A DNA stretch of 26,367 nucleotides from a virus (Duplodnaviria; Caudoviricetes). The stretch covers positions 1 to 26,367 of the IMG/VR virus record IMGVR_UViG_3300017754_002918; one strand, given 5' to 3'. Shown piece after piece: positions 8,114 to 18,048 of this stretch. Both the position numbers and the translations under genes were made by a program. Every line of letters starts with the position of its first letter. Within the stretch, counting starts at the first letter, position 1. The notes below the pieces were generated by a model that had not been told where the DNA came from, did not search any database, and saw only the letters and a program-made list of their open reading frames with translations.

Positions 8114-9601
8114 CTAATATATTACATAATCCATGTCACCACCCTGAATTATTTTAATTGGGAATCCCCATAAATAATGAATGTGATCCACAATGTCATC
8201 AATTTTATCCATACTTAATTCTTTACCATTAATAGATGTATAATCTAATGTTAATGTTCTGTCACCATAAATATCAACATCAAATACCTGAATGTCAGGG
8301 ACATATCTACTTCTATTATAATTCTCTGATAAAGCCATTCTTATACTTTTATAACCCTCATCATTATGTATTGCATTTATTTCATAATGATCATCATCAT
8401 AATCATCACGTACTTCAAATAACTTCATATCACGAATAACTTTTGGTGATAAATATTGTAATACAAATGATTCATCCCTAAAGTTCTCAACTATATATAA
8501 AAATTGTTCCTTCCAATTACCCTTACCTGCAATGTCGGGGAACCATCTATAATCTTCCTCTGTTGGTTCAAGGGACATCCTTTTAATGTCCTTGAATATA
8601 TTGAACCCTAATGTGTATGGATTCAAACCAGAATAATACTTTGAATCAAATTCTGGTTGGTATATCACATTTGAATGGTGGTGATAAAATTCAGTCATAA
8701 ATCCCTCATCCAAATACCCTTCTTCGTACATCTTATTAATGATCTCAAAGTGGGTAAATGTTGCGGTTCCTTCATTTATTGTTTTAGTTTGTGCTTGTGG
8801 ATAGAAATATTGTGCGGTCTTTCTAACAATCCTAACCAATTCACGTTCCCAAGTTTTTAAGTTTGGTGAGTTCTTCTCAATAAAATAAAGTATATTCTCC
8901 TCCGGTTGTTCGGGAAATCTTTTAATACGTTTTTTTGTTGGTTCGTCCGTCGGTAATGTTCTCCAAATATCATCAACCAATATACGATCATCTTCAATCT
9001 TCTTCTTTAATCTTTCCGCTTCCTCGGATGCTGATAACTTGCTTGGTTTTTTATATTTATCAACACCATAATTCATTAATACGTGACACGAATCCAATAA
9101 TGATTCAACTTCATCATAACCATATTTCTCCTCACATTTCTTAACAAACTTCCTTGCAAAATCCATATAATCAATTATGGAATCAGCATGTGTCCATTGT
9201 TTAAATAAATAATTATTCTTAAAGAAATGGTTATGACCCTGAACATGAGCATAAACCAATAACATCAGACAGGTGTCATTATCTTCTAAATTATATGAAA
9301 TACAAGGATTTGAATTAATTACCATTTCATACGATAACCCCATTCTTCCTTTTTTATAATTATTAGAATTAATAACATAATCCTTCCCAAACTTCCAGTG
9401 ATTATATGATATTGGAAGCCCAATTAATGAATATGCATCCAATAATTGTTCTGATGAAACTATTTCAAATTGATTCGGGTACACATCCAAGTTTAAATGT
9501 TCAACGGATAATCTATCAATTATTTCTGAAAATACTTCAATCGTATCTACATTCCATTCAGACTTTGAAAATAACTTTTTTATTTCTTCCTTAGTTCTCA
9601 T
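8114..9601 (-). CDS. spoVR: SpoVR/YcgB family protein
   Basis: GLPISYNHWKFGK, LSYEMVINSNPCI, AHVQGHNHFFKNN, QYFYPQAQTKTINEGTATF, NPYTLGF. Confidence 0.95.
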   Translation of the reverse strand: MRTKEEIKKLFSKSEWNVDTIEVFSEIIDRLSVEHLNLDVYPNQFEIVSSEQLLDAYSLIGLPISYNHWKFGKDYVINSNNYKKGRMGLSYEMVINSNPCISYNLEDNDTCLMLLVYAHVQGHNHFFKNNYLFKQWTHADSIIDYMDFARKFVKKCEEKYGYDEVESLLDSCHVLMNYGVDKYKKPSKLSASEEAERLKKKIEDDRILVDDIWRTLPTDEPTKKRIKRFPEQPEENILYFIEKNSPNLKTWERELVRIVRKTAQYFYPQAQTKTINEGTATFTHFEIINKMYEEGYLDEGFMTEFYHHHSNVIYQPEFDSKYYSGLNPYTLGFNIFKDIKRMSLEPTEEDYRWFPDIAGKGNWKEQFLYIVENFRDESFVLQYLSPKVIRDMKLFEVRDDYDDDHYEINAIHNDEGYKSIRMALSENYNRSRYVPDIQVFDVDIYGDRTLTLDYTSINGKELSMDKIDDIVDHIHYLWGFPIKIIQGGDMDYVIY

Positions 9602-10865
9602 TCGTTACATTTTTTTTAAAGAAGTCCCTAAATACTTCCCATATTTGATTCACTTCACCAATCTTACCAATTCTAAAGTTCTTATGTTCATTGGCTATCT
9701 TTTTATATGTCTGCCATAAATCACCGTCACTACGTCTTGCTATTTCAATATAAATCATATATTGGATTTTATCAAGTAAGTTCTTTTTTAATATTTCACC
9801 ACATTCTAACGCATCGGTTTGATCCCATACATCACCATCAGACGCTTGTGCTGCATAAATATTCCAATCCTTAGAATAACGCTCTTTAATAATTTTATCC
9901 ATAAGTGCCAATGCATCAAATACAATAGTTCCACCTGTTTCTCTTGAATTAAAAAATTCATCTTCAGATACCTCTTTTGCAACTGTGTGGTGTCTAATAA
10001 ATACGATTTCAATATTTTCATATTGTTTTGATAAAAACATATATAATAACATAAAAAATCGTTTTGCAATGTCCTTCTCCTTCTCCCCCATAGAACCCGA
10101 TATGTCCATTATACAAAACATAACCGCAGATGTTGTTGGAACCGCAACTTTCTCAAAATTATTATATTGCAAATCCACTTCTTCCATAAAAGAAATGGTT
10201 AACTTCATTTTTTTTAGTTTATCAATTTCTTTTAATATTTCAGCAATTTCATCATCACTTAAATCTTCATTATCCAATTTATTTTGAAGTTCTTTTATCT
10301 TCTTATCATAATATAAACCTGAAGCCATCTTCCTTGTTAAGGAATTTTTAAATGATTTTACAACATTCAACCTATTAGGTGATCCGGCATTAGTATAACC
10401 GGCACGTTTTTGTTTGAAGTTAACAATTGAATTCAAATGTTTTTTAACCATATCAGGAAGTTCAAGATCATTGAAGAAGAACTCCATAAATTCATCCTTT
10501 GAAATTGTGATAGTAAAATCATCTTCACCTATTGTCGGATCGTTTGAACCTTTATTACCTTTACCCTTACCATTACCCCCTTGTGGTTTTTTAATTCTAT
10601 CACCAGGGCTATATTCTTTATTACCGGGATTTACTTGACGTTTGTTTCCTGATTCATGATCATAACCAAACTGCGGTTCATTAACCCCTTTAACCGGGAT
10701 TTTAACACCCTTATCTGAAGAAGTTAAATCCTTTACATTTGTATTTTTAATAATGTCAGGTAAAGCTTTTTTAATTTGATCTTCAACCCTTTTGATAAGT
10801 CGCTGACGATTCTCAGACGACTTACCTTTAGGATTATTTCTTCTATCAATAATATTAATTCCCAT
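9591..10865 (-). CDS. yeaH: YeaH/YhbH (UPF0229) vWA-like protein
   Basis: IIDRR-x-NPKGKS-x-ENRQR, AVMFCIMDISGSM (MIDAS DxSxS), VFIRHHT, ETGGT, WNIYAAQASDGD. Confidence 0.95.
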   Translation of the reverse strand: MGINIIDRRNNPKGKSSENRQRLIKRVEDQIKKALPDIIKNTNVKDLTSSDKGVKIPVKGVNEPQFGYDHESGNKRQVNPGNKEYSPGDRIKKPQGGNGKGKGNKGSNDPTIGEDDFTITISKDEFMEFFFNDLELPDMVKKHLNSIVNFKQKRAGYTNAGSPNRLNVVKSFKNSLTRKMASGLYYDKKIKELQNKLDNEDLSDDEIAEILKEIDKLKKMKLTISFMEEVDLQYNNFEKVAVPTTSAVMFCIMDISGSMGEKEKDIAKRFFMLLYMFLSKQYENIEIVFIRHHTVAKEVSEDEFFNSRETGGTIVFDALALMDKIIKERYSKDWNIYAAQASDGDVWDQTDALECGEILKKNLLDKIQYMIYIEIARRSDGDLWQTYKKIANEHKNFRIGKIGEVNQIWEVFRDFFKKNVTNEN

Positions 10866-10866
10866 A

Positions 10867-12789
10867 TTAATTGGATTTTCTAACTCTTAAATACCAGTCA
10901 GTTAATAATTTAATTTGTTTGTTAGTGTAACCACGTTCTTTCATACGTTCAATAAAGTCGGAATGTTTCTTCTCATCATCTTTTGATGTTTTAGTAGAGA
11001 ATGATATAACAGGAATCAAATCTTCAGTTTTAGAGAATATTCGTTTTTCAATTACATTTTTAATCTTCTCATATGAATCCCACTTCGGTGATTCACCATT
11101 CTTAGCTTTATGTCTCAAATAAAATTGAACCAAGTCATTTCTAAAATCTTTTGGATTGGCAATACCAGCCGGTTTCTCAATCTTCTCAAGCTCATCATTC
11201 AATGCACTTCTATCAAATTGTTGTCCCGTTTCAGGATCCCTAAAGTCATTATCTTGACACCAATGATCGGCATATGTAATATATCTTTCAAATAAATTTT
11301 GCCCATATTCTTGATATGAATCAACATATGCTTTTTGAATTTCATCACCAATAAAATCAGAATATTTATGACCCAATGTTGATTTTAAAAGATTTAAATA
11401 AAATTGTTCAACCTCTTTTGGTAACTGAGCCTTAATAATTTCTTGTTCCAACACATAAAATAAATGTACAGGATTCGCAGCAACTTCTTCTGAATCGTGG
11501 TTAAATACTTTGGATAACACCTTGAAAGCGAAACGTGTTGATATCCCATTCATTCCTTCTGTTACACCCGCATCGTCTTTATATTCTTGAAGTGATTTTG
11601 CTTTTGGATCCACCTCTTTTAAATTTTCACCATTATAAACCCTCATTTTTGAGTACATCAAGGAATTCTCAGGTTTTTTAATACGTGTCATTACACAAAA
11701 TTGTGATAACAATTCCAATGTTTGTGGTGCACAAGGCGCATCAGATAAAGATGAATTTTTTAATAATTTTTTATAGATTTCAACTTCTTCATCAACCCTT
11801 AAACAATACGGTACTCTTACAATATAAACACGATCCAAGAACGCTTCGTTCTTTTTATCATTTGAGAATGATTCCCATTCAGACTCATTTGAGTGTGCCA
11901 AAATAATACCTTGGAATGGAATTGCCGGTAAACTTTCAGTTCCATTAAAGTTACCTTCTTGTGTTGCTGTTAATAACGGGTGAAGAACCTTAATTGGTGC
12001 TTTAAACATTTCAACAAATTCCATTAACCCTTGATTTGCTCTACATAACGCCCCTGAATAATTATATGCATCGGCATCATTTTGTGGGAATTCCGCCAAT
12101 TTACGAATATCAACCTTACCAACAAGTGCTGAAATATCTTGGTTGTTCTCATCACCAGGTTCTGTTTTTGCAACCCCAATTTGTGAAGCAATTGACATTT
12201 TTAATTTCCTAACACTAAATTTAGTCACGTCACCACCAAATTCTTCCAATCTTTTGGTTGCCCAAGGTGAAGGACAAGAAGGGACATACATTTTTTGAAT
12301 CCCATATTCCTTCTCCAATTCTGAACGATAAGCAGAGAATAAACCCAATGGATTCTCCCAAACAGGTGATACCTCACCGTTTGCAACCAAAACATAAATA
12401 TAATTTTGTTCCATTAATTGTTTTAGTCGCTCAGCCAATGATGATTTACCACCACCAACAGGTCCCAATAGATAAAGGATTTGTTTCTTCTCCTCAAGTC
12501 CTTGTGCCGCATGTTTAAAAAACGATACAATTTGTTCAATGGTATCTTCCATACCATAAAATTCACTAAACGCAGGATAACGTTTAATAATCTTATTTGA
12601 ATGGATTCTACTCAAACGCTCATCGTGTTTTGTGTCAACAATTTCAGGTTCACCAATCGCCTTTAACATTCGCTCAGCAGGTGACGCATAAATCGTTTTA
12701 TCTTTTTTACAAAGCTTCAAGAATTCTTCAATTGTCATATCATCTTGAACTTGCGCAAAATCATTTTTGATAGTTTTTAATAGGCTCAT
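10867..12789 (-). CDS. prkA: PrkA/YeaG family AAA+ serine kinase/ATPase
   Basis: AAQGLEEKKQILYLLGPVGGGKSSLAE (Walker A), KTEPGDENNQDISALVGKVDIR, EFVEMFKAPIKVLHPLLTATQEG. Confidence 0.97.
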   Translation of the reverse strand: MSLLKTIKNDFAQVQDDMTIEEFLKLCKKDKTIYASPAERMLKAIGEPEIVDTKHDERLSRIHSNKIIKRYPAFSEFYGMEDTIEQIVSFFKHAAQGLEEKKQILYLLGPVGGGKSSLAERLKQLMEQNYIYVLVANGEVSPVWENPLGLFSAYRSELEKEYGIQKMYVPSCPSPWATKRLEEFGGDVTKFSVRKLKMSIASQIGVAKTEPGDENNQDISALVGKVDIRKLAEFPQNDADAYNYSGALCRANQGLMEFVEMFKAPIKVLHPLLTATQEGNFNGTESLPAIPFQGIILAHSNESEWESFSNDKKNEAFLDRVYIVRVPYCLRVDEEVEIYKKLLKNSSLSDAPCAPQTLELLSQFCVMTRIKKPENSLMYSKMRVYNGENLKEVDPKAKSLQEYKDDAGVTEGMNGISTRFAFKVLSKVFNHDSEEVAANPVHLFYVLEQEIIKAQLPKEVEQFYLNLLKSTLGHKYSDFIGDEIQKAYVDSYQEYGQNLFERYITYADHWCQDNDFRDPETGQQFDRSALNDELEKIEKPAGIANPKDFRNDLVQFYLRHKAKNGESPKWDSYEKIKNVIEKRIFSKTEDLIPVISFSTKTSKDDEKKHSDFIERMKERGYTNKQIKLLTDWYLRVRKSN

Positions 12790-12851
12790 AATTATATTGT
12801 ATTTAGTTTATTTCCTTTATTAGTTAAACATAATAATAGTTCTTTATTATA

Positions 12852-13166
12852 TCAATGGTTAGTTACCAATTCTAATTGATCTTCATTAAAAATATGTAGT
12901 AAACCATATCCATCCATTTCACCAACAACACGAACATTACCTTCAATCGTTTTAAAAACAGCAACAATAGTACAAGGAAATTCATATCCCTTAGTCTTTA
13001 TAGCCTTGTCACCAATCTTAAATTTAGTTTCTTCCATATTTGTCTTTTTTTTAATTAAATTTCCCATTTTTGGTACCCACACATTATCCATCCATTCATC
13101 ATAGCTTATTTTAGATTTGGGGTTGTCAGTTTTATATATCCAATACTGTGTCTTTAAAGTTGTCAT
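12852..13166 (-). CDS. Hypothetical protein with C-terminal SH3-like domain (DfrB/R67-like pattern); alternative start at 13037
   Basis: KFKIGDKAIKTKGYEFPCTIVAVFKT...VVGEMDGYGLLHIFNEDQLE. Confidence 0.55.
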   Translation of the reverse strand: MTTLKTQYWIYKTDNPKSKISYDEWMDNVWVPKMGNLIKKKTNMEETKFKIGDKAIKTKGYEFPCTIVAVFKTIEGNVRVVGEMDGYGLLHIFNEDQLELVTNH

Positions 13167-13619
13167 CTATTTAATTTTTTTATTTTTATAGGGATCCTCA
13201 TATATGAATAACTCAATCATATCCATATTATAGATGAAACATATTAAATAATCACCCTTATTATAATTATATCTACCTTCTTTTATGTTTCCAGTCCTAT
13301 AACCTTTTTTAATTTGTTTTACATCTATCTGGGATGATGTGGCGATAACCTTAGATGGTTTTGTAATATCCAAATCGTTTAATGTTAACACCTTAACCAA
13401 CTTGTTATATATCGTGTCAACCTCAACATCACCAATATCATTGTTAATATCATTAAACGAATAATGGTAGTCGTATGTTTTACTTAAATTATCATATACC
13501 AAACAAGGACAGTTACACAAAAACATCTCATAAAAACTTAAGGTGTCTTTTGTTTCAATACCTTTAACTTGAGTTAACCCCAAAAAAGGTAATAAAATAA
13601 ATAATATTAACTTCTTCAT
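13167..13619 (-). CDS. Hypothetical secreted protein
   Basis: MKKLILFILLPFLGLTQ is a Bacteroidota-style signal peptide ending in Q. Confidence 0.7.
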   Translation of the reverse strand: MKKLILFILLPFLGLTQVKGIETKDTLSFYEMFLCNCPCLVYDNLSKTYDYHYSFNDINNDIGDVEVDTIYNKLVKVLTLNDLDITKPSKVIATSSQIDVKQIKKGYRTGNIKEGRYNYNKGDYLICFIYNMDMIELFIYEDPYKNKKIK

Positions 13620-13624
13620 ATATA

Positions 13625-13768
13625 TTATTTTTTAATTGAGACATATATATCTCCGTACCACCCAAATATTTGGTCCTCAAACTCCCTCTCAGGTTTAAAT
13701 TGACTCATATCCATATCAATCTCCATGAAATAACTCTCGTTGGGGAATCTAACCAAAACTTTCTTCAT
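13625..13768 (-). CDS. Hypothetical protein, 47 aa
   Basis: Not in the ORF track. MKKVLVRFPNESYFMEIDMDMSQFKPEREFEDQIFGWYGDIYVSIKK fills the gap. Confidence 0.65.
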   Translation of the reverse strand: MKKVLVRFPNESYFMEIDMDMSQFKPEREFEDQIFGWYGDIYVSIKK

Positions 13769-13771
13769 AAC

Positions 13772-13978
13772 TCAAACAGCTTTAATTTCAACTACTATTT
13801 TTTTACCATCAACAAACAAAGGAATACTAATTGAGTCCTCTGTTGGGTGATACATTTTGGGAAATTGTTTGATTTCGTATTTCTGTTTTGTTTCTTGTGT
13901 TCCCCCAATTGTTTCCCACATTTGAAGTCCTTCTTGTATCTTTGTTGTGATACGTTCTACTTGTTTTGAGTTTTCCAT
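13772..13978 (-). CDS. Hypothetical protein
   Basis: ORF in the co-oriented run. Confidence 0.65.
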   Translation of the reverse strand: MENSKQVERITTKIQEGLQMWETIGGTQETKQKYEIKQFPKMYHPTEDSISIPLFVDGKKIVVEIKAV

Positions 13979-13983
13979 AATTT

Positions 13984-14532
13984 TTAACTTAAATAATTTG
14001 ACATATTTTTAGCAGCCTTAAAAGCCTCTTTCATATTTTCAATAATTTTTGAACCTCTTAACCTAAATGGGATAACATATGAAATTCCATCTTCATCCAT
14101 CCATTTTTTACCTAATTCATCTTCCGAATCATATAACTCATTAAATCTGGTTTCGTATTCATTCCATTGTTCTTCAGGATAATCTTCTTTAACAGGTTTG
14201 TATTTTGAATCGAACAATCTGTCACCAATTCTAAACATACTACCACCTCTATGCGTATACCCATACATTCCTTCAATCACGGGATTATCAGTTCCATATG
14301 TATCCTCAATAATAACCGCCGCGACACCATGTGGATGTCGTTCATCAATCATCATTTTATTATTTACATACCATCTAGCTTCATCAATACTACCAACATA
14401 TGTTCCATTTGGTGATAGGAATGAATTCTCTAGTGTATGTTCGTTGTTTGGTCCAAATGTGTGTGTCCCAATTTTACCTCCTGTTAATCTTTCAATCTCT
14501 TGGATTTCTTCTTGTGTGATTTCTTTTGTCAT
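13984..14532 (-). CDS. Hypothetical phage protein
   Basis: 182-aa ORF, YGYTHRG...FRIGD motif. Confidence 0.75.
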   Translation of the reverse strand: MTKEITQEEIQEIERLTGGKIGTHTFGPNNEHTLENSFLSPNGTYVGSIDEARWYVNNKMMIDERHPHGVAAVIIEDTYGTDNPVIEGMYGYTHRGGSMFRIGDRLFDSKYKPVKEDYPEEQWNEYETRFNELYDSEDELGKKWMDEDGISYVIPFRLRGSKIIENMKEAFKAAKNMSNYLS

Positions 14533-14584
14533 AACTTTAATTACTTTTTACATTTTTATGTGTTTTTGTCAAAACTATTTTATA

Positions 14585-14839
14585 TTAATAGAAATAACTA
14601 TAATATTCAAATGTGTAATAACTACCATATCTTTTACATATTCCGTGTCCTGTGTAGTTACTCAAAAGATATTGTTCGGCTTCATCATAACTACTATGTG
14701 TTACCTTAACGTGTTTAGGCCCTTCATTACGATATATTTGTCTCCAACCCCAAAACTTCTTTTGTTCTATCACCCATTCAACATTTCTTTCAGATGAATA
14801 AGCGTCGTGAAATAATTGTACTATTCTAAATTTTATCAT
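14585..14839 (-). CDS. Hypothetical protein
   Basis: ORF overlapping the thyA stop by 4 bp. Confidence 0.7.
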   Translation of the reverse strand: MIKFRIVQLFHDAYSSERNVEWVIEQKKFWGWRQIYRNEGPKHVKVTHSSYDEAEQYLLSNYTGHGICKRYGSYYTFEYYSYFY

Positions 14840-15669
14840 ATTGCCAATTCTAGTTTTGAACTTAACTTTGTTATCTTATCTATATTATACACTTTGAAGT
14901 CATCTATAGTATAATCATAAAAATTTTTATTATCAACCAATTCGATATATGGTAGATTAGTTTCCAATGGTGTTTTATTTAAAAGTTCAGTAACCGCATC
15001 AAAATGTCTATCATATATGTGTAGGTTCTGAACTAGGTGACAAAACCTACCTACTTTATAACCACAATGTCCAGCTATCATCATTTGTAAAGCCAGATAT
15101 TGGATTTTGTTAATAACTCCTGCAGTAATAAAATCATTTGATCTCTGAATTAAAGTCAAATCCAACACCTTATCTTCACCAACCTTTCTAACCGAGCAAA
15201 GGATTTCATAAGCACAAGGAAATAAACCACTTGTTTCCTCTAAATCAACATACTGATACATACTAATAATGTGTCTTCTACCAAATGGATCATTAACCAA
15301 ACCATTAAGTAATTTATTCATCAAGTCATATCTTTTGATTGTTGCCCCATATCTTTGTCCGATACTATCACCACCAATATTCCATTCATCCCACCAGTTA
15401 ATTCCCATTTCACGAGCCACTTCAAGTGATGATGTTTGTTTTTGGTATATCCAAAGTATTTCTTTGATGCCAGTTTTAATTGCCGTATTTCTTAATGTGG
15501 TGATTGGAAACTCACCTTTTGAAATATCATATTCCTCAAATACCTGTGTTATGAATCTAGAATAAGCTGGTGTTCCATCGGCGTATTTTGGTCTCGGATT
15601 CTCATCCCAAGAACCTTCTGACATAATCTTCGCTATGTTTAGAATATAATAATTGTCGGCTTTATTCAT
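14836..15669 (-). CDS. thyA: Thymidylate synthase ThyA
   Basis: FPITTLR, EILWIY, catalytic LFPCAY, QRSND, NLHIYDRH. Confidence 0.95.
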   Translation of the reverse strand: MNKADNYYILNIAKIMSEGSWDENPRPKYADGTPAYSRFITQVFEEYDISKGEFPITTLRNTAIKTGIKEILWIYQKQTSSLEVAREMGINWWDEWNIGGDSIGQRYGATIKRYDLMNKLLNGLVNDPFGRRHIISMYQYVDLEETSGLFPCAYEILCSVRKVGEDKVLDLTLIQRSNDFITAGVINKIQYLALQMMIAGHCGYKVGRFCHLVQNLHIYDRHFDAVTELLNKTPLETNLPYIELVDNKNFYDYTIDDFKVYNIDKITKLSSKLELAI

Positions 15670-16036
15670 AAACTTCTATTTTTGTTCCGTTATATTCAAG
15701 TGTTATTTGTTTAGTTGGTACATTTAGGATTTCACATTGTTCTACCCAACCTTCTTCACTTTGATTACCCAAAAATGTGTTTAATATGGGTAATATTTGT
15801 TTTGCCATCAATTTCCTATCTTCAAAACTCAACTCTCTTTCCTCAATCTTTAATCCCCACCTTTCAGAAAATTCATTATCGGTTTTACATCTATAAACAA
15901 ATTGTTCTTTTGAATGTTCCTTCACCTTAATAGGTTCAACACTATAAACACTACCATCATTTGGATATTTTTCAATAGTCCATTCGGTTTTAATACCATT
16001 CTCATAAATCGGTATTGAATATGATTCTTCACTCAT
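15662..16036 (-). CDS. Hypothetical protein (start re-assigned to MSEESY)
   Basis: The track's TTG start overlaps the upstream 59-aa gene. Confidence 0.65.
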   Translation of the reverse strand: MSEESYSIPIYENGIKTEWTIEKYPNDGSVYSVEPIKVKEHSKEQFVYRCKTDNEFSERWGLKIEERELSFEDRKLMAKQILPILNTFLGNQSEEGWVEQCEILNVPTKQITLEYNGTKIEVYE

Positions 16037-16046
16037 CTTTGTTTTG

Positions 16047-16226
16047 TTATTTAATACCAATTCCCTCTCCGTCAATGTATATTAACTTTACCGTTTCACC
16101 ATCACCTATAATTGTTAAAGTGGGATATTCATCATCTGGAACAGGATAGGTGGGTTTTATTTCATAACGATATTCATAACAAATTTTATCCACTTTATCA
16201 AGAAACTCTTTCATTTTATTTGTCAT
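16047..16226 (-). CDS. Hypothetical protein, 59 aa
   Basis: Not in the ORF track. MTNKMKEFLDKVDKICYEYRYEIKPTYPVPDDEYPTLTIIGDGETVKLIYIDGEGIGIK. Confidence 0.65.
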   Translation of the reverse strand: MTNKMKEFLDKVDKICYEYRYEIKPTYPVPDDEYPTLTIIGDGETVKLIYIDGEGIGIK

Positions 16227-16308
16227 CTTTTAAAATATGATTTAATTTTCATCCAAACTATTTCGGGATGATTCCGTAACCACCAAAAAAATATATAAAT
16301 TTTTTTCA

Positions 16309-16608
16309 TCAATCAATCATTTTATATGTTGTTGACTTAACTTCGTTGTCTTTTTCAACTTGGTGTCTATTCTTATGTCCTTCAATTACTTTTAGAGCAT
16401 CTTCTTCATTACCATACCTCACAGTAATTGTTTTTGACATACCAAATGAAACCCCAACCTTATGGATATTATACCAAACAATTTCTTGTGTTTGTCTGAA
16501 CAATTTTTTTTTAATTTCTAACTTACAAACTTGTGGTATATAAAGTTTTTCACCGTTATTTAGTTCTTCAATTTTAATTCTGTAGTGATTCATATTATAT
16601 TCTTTCAA
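16309..16608 (-). CDS. Hypothetical protein
   Basis: ORF in the co-oriented run. Confidence 0.7.
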   Translation of the reverse strand: MKEYNMNHYRIKIEELNNGEKLYIPQVCKLEIKKKLFRQTQEIVWYNIHKVGVSFGMSKTITVRYGNEEDALKVIEGHKNRHQVEKDNEVKSTTYKMID

Positions 16609-16855
16609 ATTCTTGTTTAACCAAATTTATTTCTTCATCTAACCTTTTGAGTTCACTAAAAATCATTTCTTTTATAACATCTTTATTATAAAAACTTACC
16701 TCATCTTTTCTTGGAAAAGGACCCCCTGTTGAAAATCCTATTGTAACCCCCAAACTACAAGAGTTTAACGCACTTTTTAACTTACGCTTCTGTATTTCTA
16801 ACCTATCAAGTTCTTGCTTGATTTTTTTTGCCTTTTCAAACTTTTCTATTTCCAT
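16595..16855 (-). CDS. Hypothetical coiled-coil protein
   Basis: ORF in the co-oriented run. Confidence 0.7.
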   Translation of the reverse strand: MEIEKFEKAKKIKQELDRLEIQKRKLKSALNSCSLGVTIGFSTGGPFPRKDEVSFYNKDVIKEMIFSELKRLDEEINLVKQEFERI

Positions 16856-16866
16856 TTTATTCTGTT

Positions 16867-17091
16867 TTAAAGATTAATGATTTCATCTTTTACTTGTTCC
16901 CAATATTCAAATTCTTCCTGAGTATCCCAATATGGTTTTGATTTTACTATTTCATCCACAGTGATTAATGCACATTGTTTAGCTTCATCATATCTAGATA
17001 CGATACTATTAATACCACTATAACTACCATTGTTTGGTAAACTATAATAGAACTTATCTACCAAGTTGTTTGCTCTTTCTTTTGGTTCCAT
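16867..17091 (-). CDS. Hypothetical phage protein
   Basis: MxPKERA..LV.KF...AKQCALI.VDEI...YW.QVK.EI pattern. Confidence 0.75.
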   Translation of the reverse strand: MEPKERANNLVDKFYYSLPNNGSYSGINSIVSRYDEAKQCALITVDEIVKSKPYWDTQEEFEYWEQVKDEIINL

Positions 17092-17098
17092 ATCAAAA

Positions 17099-17308
17099 TT
17101 ACAAATCCCATTTAATCATTCTATCGTCAGTAAGTTGTTCTATGATTGTGTTATCTTCAGATTTGTTATTAATTTTTTGAATAAATAACATCCATTCATG
17201 AATTAAATGTTCTTCACCAACACCAACATTTGCCAAATCATACCCCTTCATAAAAGAAGCCCTCATTTCTTCAAGGGTATATACGTTTCTTTCTCCCATA
17301 ATAAACAT
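17099..17308 (-). CDS. Hypothetical protein (start probably MGERN at 17299)
   Basis: ORF in the co-oriented run. Confidence 0.6.
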   Translation of the reverse strand: MFIMGERNVYTLEEMRASFMKGYDLANVGVGEEHLIHEWMLFIQKINNKSEDNTIIEQLTDDRMIKWDL

Positions 17309-17314
17309 TTTTTT

Positions 17315-17692
17315 TTAAATTATATCCCAACAAGGTTCCACAATAAATCTATTTCCACCATCCAACACCGTCCGAACAATTTCCCTCTTGTGTTGAATAT
17401 TAAATGTACTCCCATCTTCACTTGACCTAAACATCTTTGGTTGATCATAATGATTTAATTCACATATCCTAACCATTTCTTCATAATCTCTGTTTGGTAT
17501 GAACCCCCTTAATGGTGTTAACCTCATAAGACAAGTGGTTAACCTAACTGTCCTTCCATCATATAAACAATAATAATAATCCATATCATCTTCAACAAGA
17601 GCAATTAAACGATATACATTAAAATTGGAAATAACCAATTGACCTTTTAATTGTTCCAATTCATTTTTAAATATGGTTAAATTATCCATCAT
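17315..17692 (-). CDS. Hypothetical protein
   Basis: 125-aa ORF. Confidence 0.7.
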   Translation of the reverse strand: MMDNLTIFKNELEQLKGQLVISNFNVYRLIALVEDDMDYYYCLYDGRTVRLTTCLMRLTPLRGFIPNRDYEEMVRICELNHYDQPKMFRSSEDGSTFNIQHKREIVRTVLDGGNRFIVEPCWDII

Positions 17693-17829
17693 CCGATTAT
17701 TTTAAAATGTATTTCTGTTAAATCAAATACCTCACCTTCAATTACCTCATCATCAATATATGTTATCACATCTGTATATGTAATCATATCAATCTGGAAG
17801 ATAACCTTATCCCCCACCTTTGCCGTCAT
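17689..17829 (-). CDS. Hypothetical protein, 46 aa (alternative start 17847)
   Basis: Not in the ORF track. MTAKVGDKVIFQIDMITYTDVITYIDDEVIEGEVFDLTEIHFKIIG; ATGA-type overlap with the next gene. Confidence 0.6.
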   Translation of the reverse strand: MTAKVGDKVIFQIDMITYTDVITYIDDEVIEGEVFDLTEIHFKIIG

Positions 17830-17885
17830 TTTATTATTAACCAACATAACCCAAAAATTTATTTATTCAACCACCCAACAAAAGA

Positions 17886-17991
17886 TAAAAAATGTGATGC
17901 AGTAGTTGACAACTATACTCGTTTCACCATTATTTGTCAACAGGTCCATGTACTTTACGAGTTCACCTTTTCTTACCACCACATTTTTTTA
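17886..17991 (-). ncRNA. Unassigned structured RNA (three-way junction with possible kissing loop)
   Basis: 13-bp closing stem AAAAAATGTGGTG/CATCACATTTTTT, inner stems AGGT/ACCT and GTTGACAA/TTGTCAAC, complementary loops ACTCGT/ACGAGT; own promoter upstream. Confidence 0.6.
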
Positions 17992-18048
17992 CTTTCAAAG
18001 AACCTTTCTTAAACTTACCGGTTTCTTGTTCTCCCGTCGTTCATATAT

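Noticed and set aside
14198-14797. 199-aa plus-strand ORF and the other plus-strand or nested track ORFs (e.g. 912-1205, 9985-10287, 21795-22139, 23384-23638)
   Set aside because: Antisense or off-frame shadows of well-supported genes with atypical composition; the His-rich 23384-23638 is the antisense of the Cys/Asp/Gly repeats.
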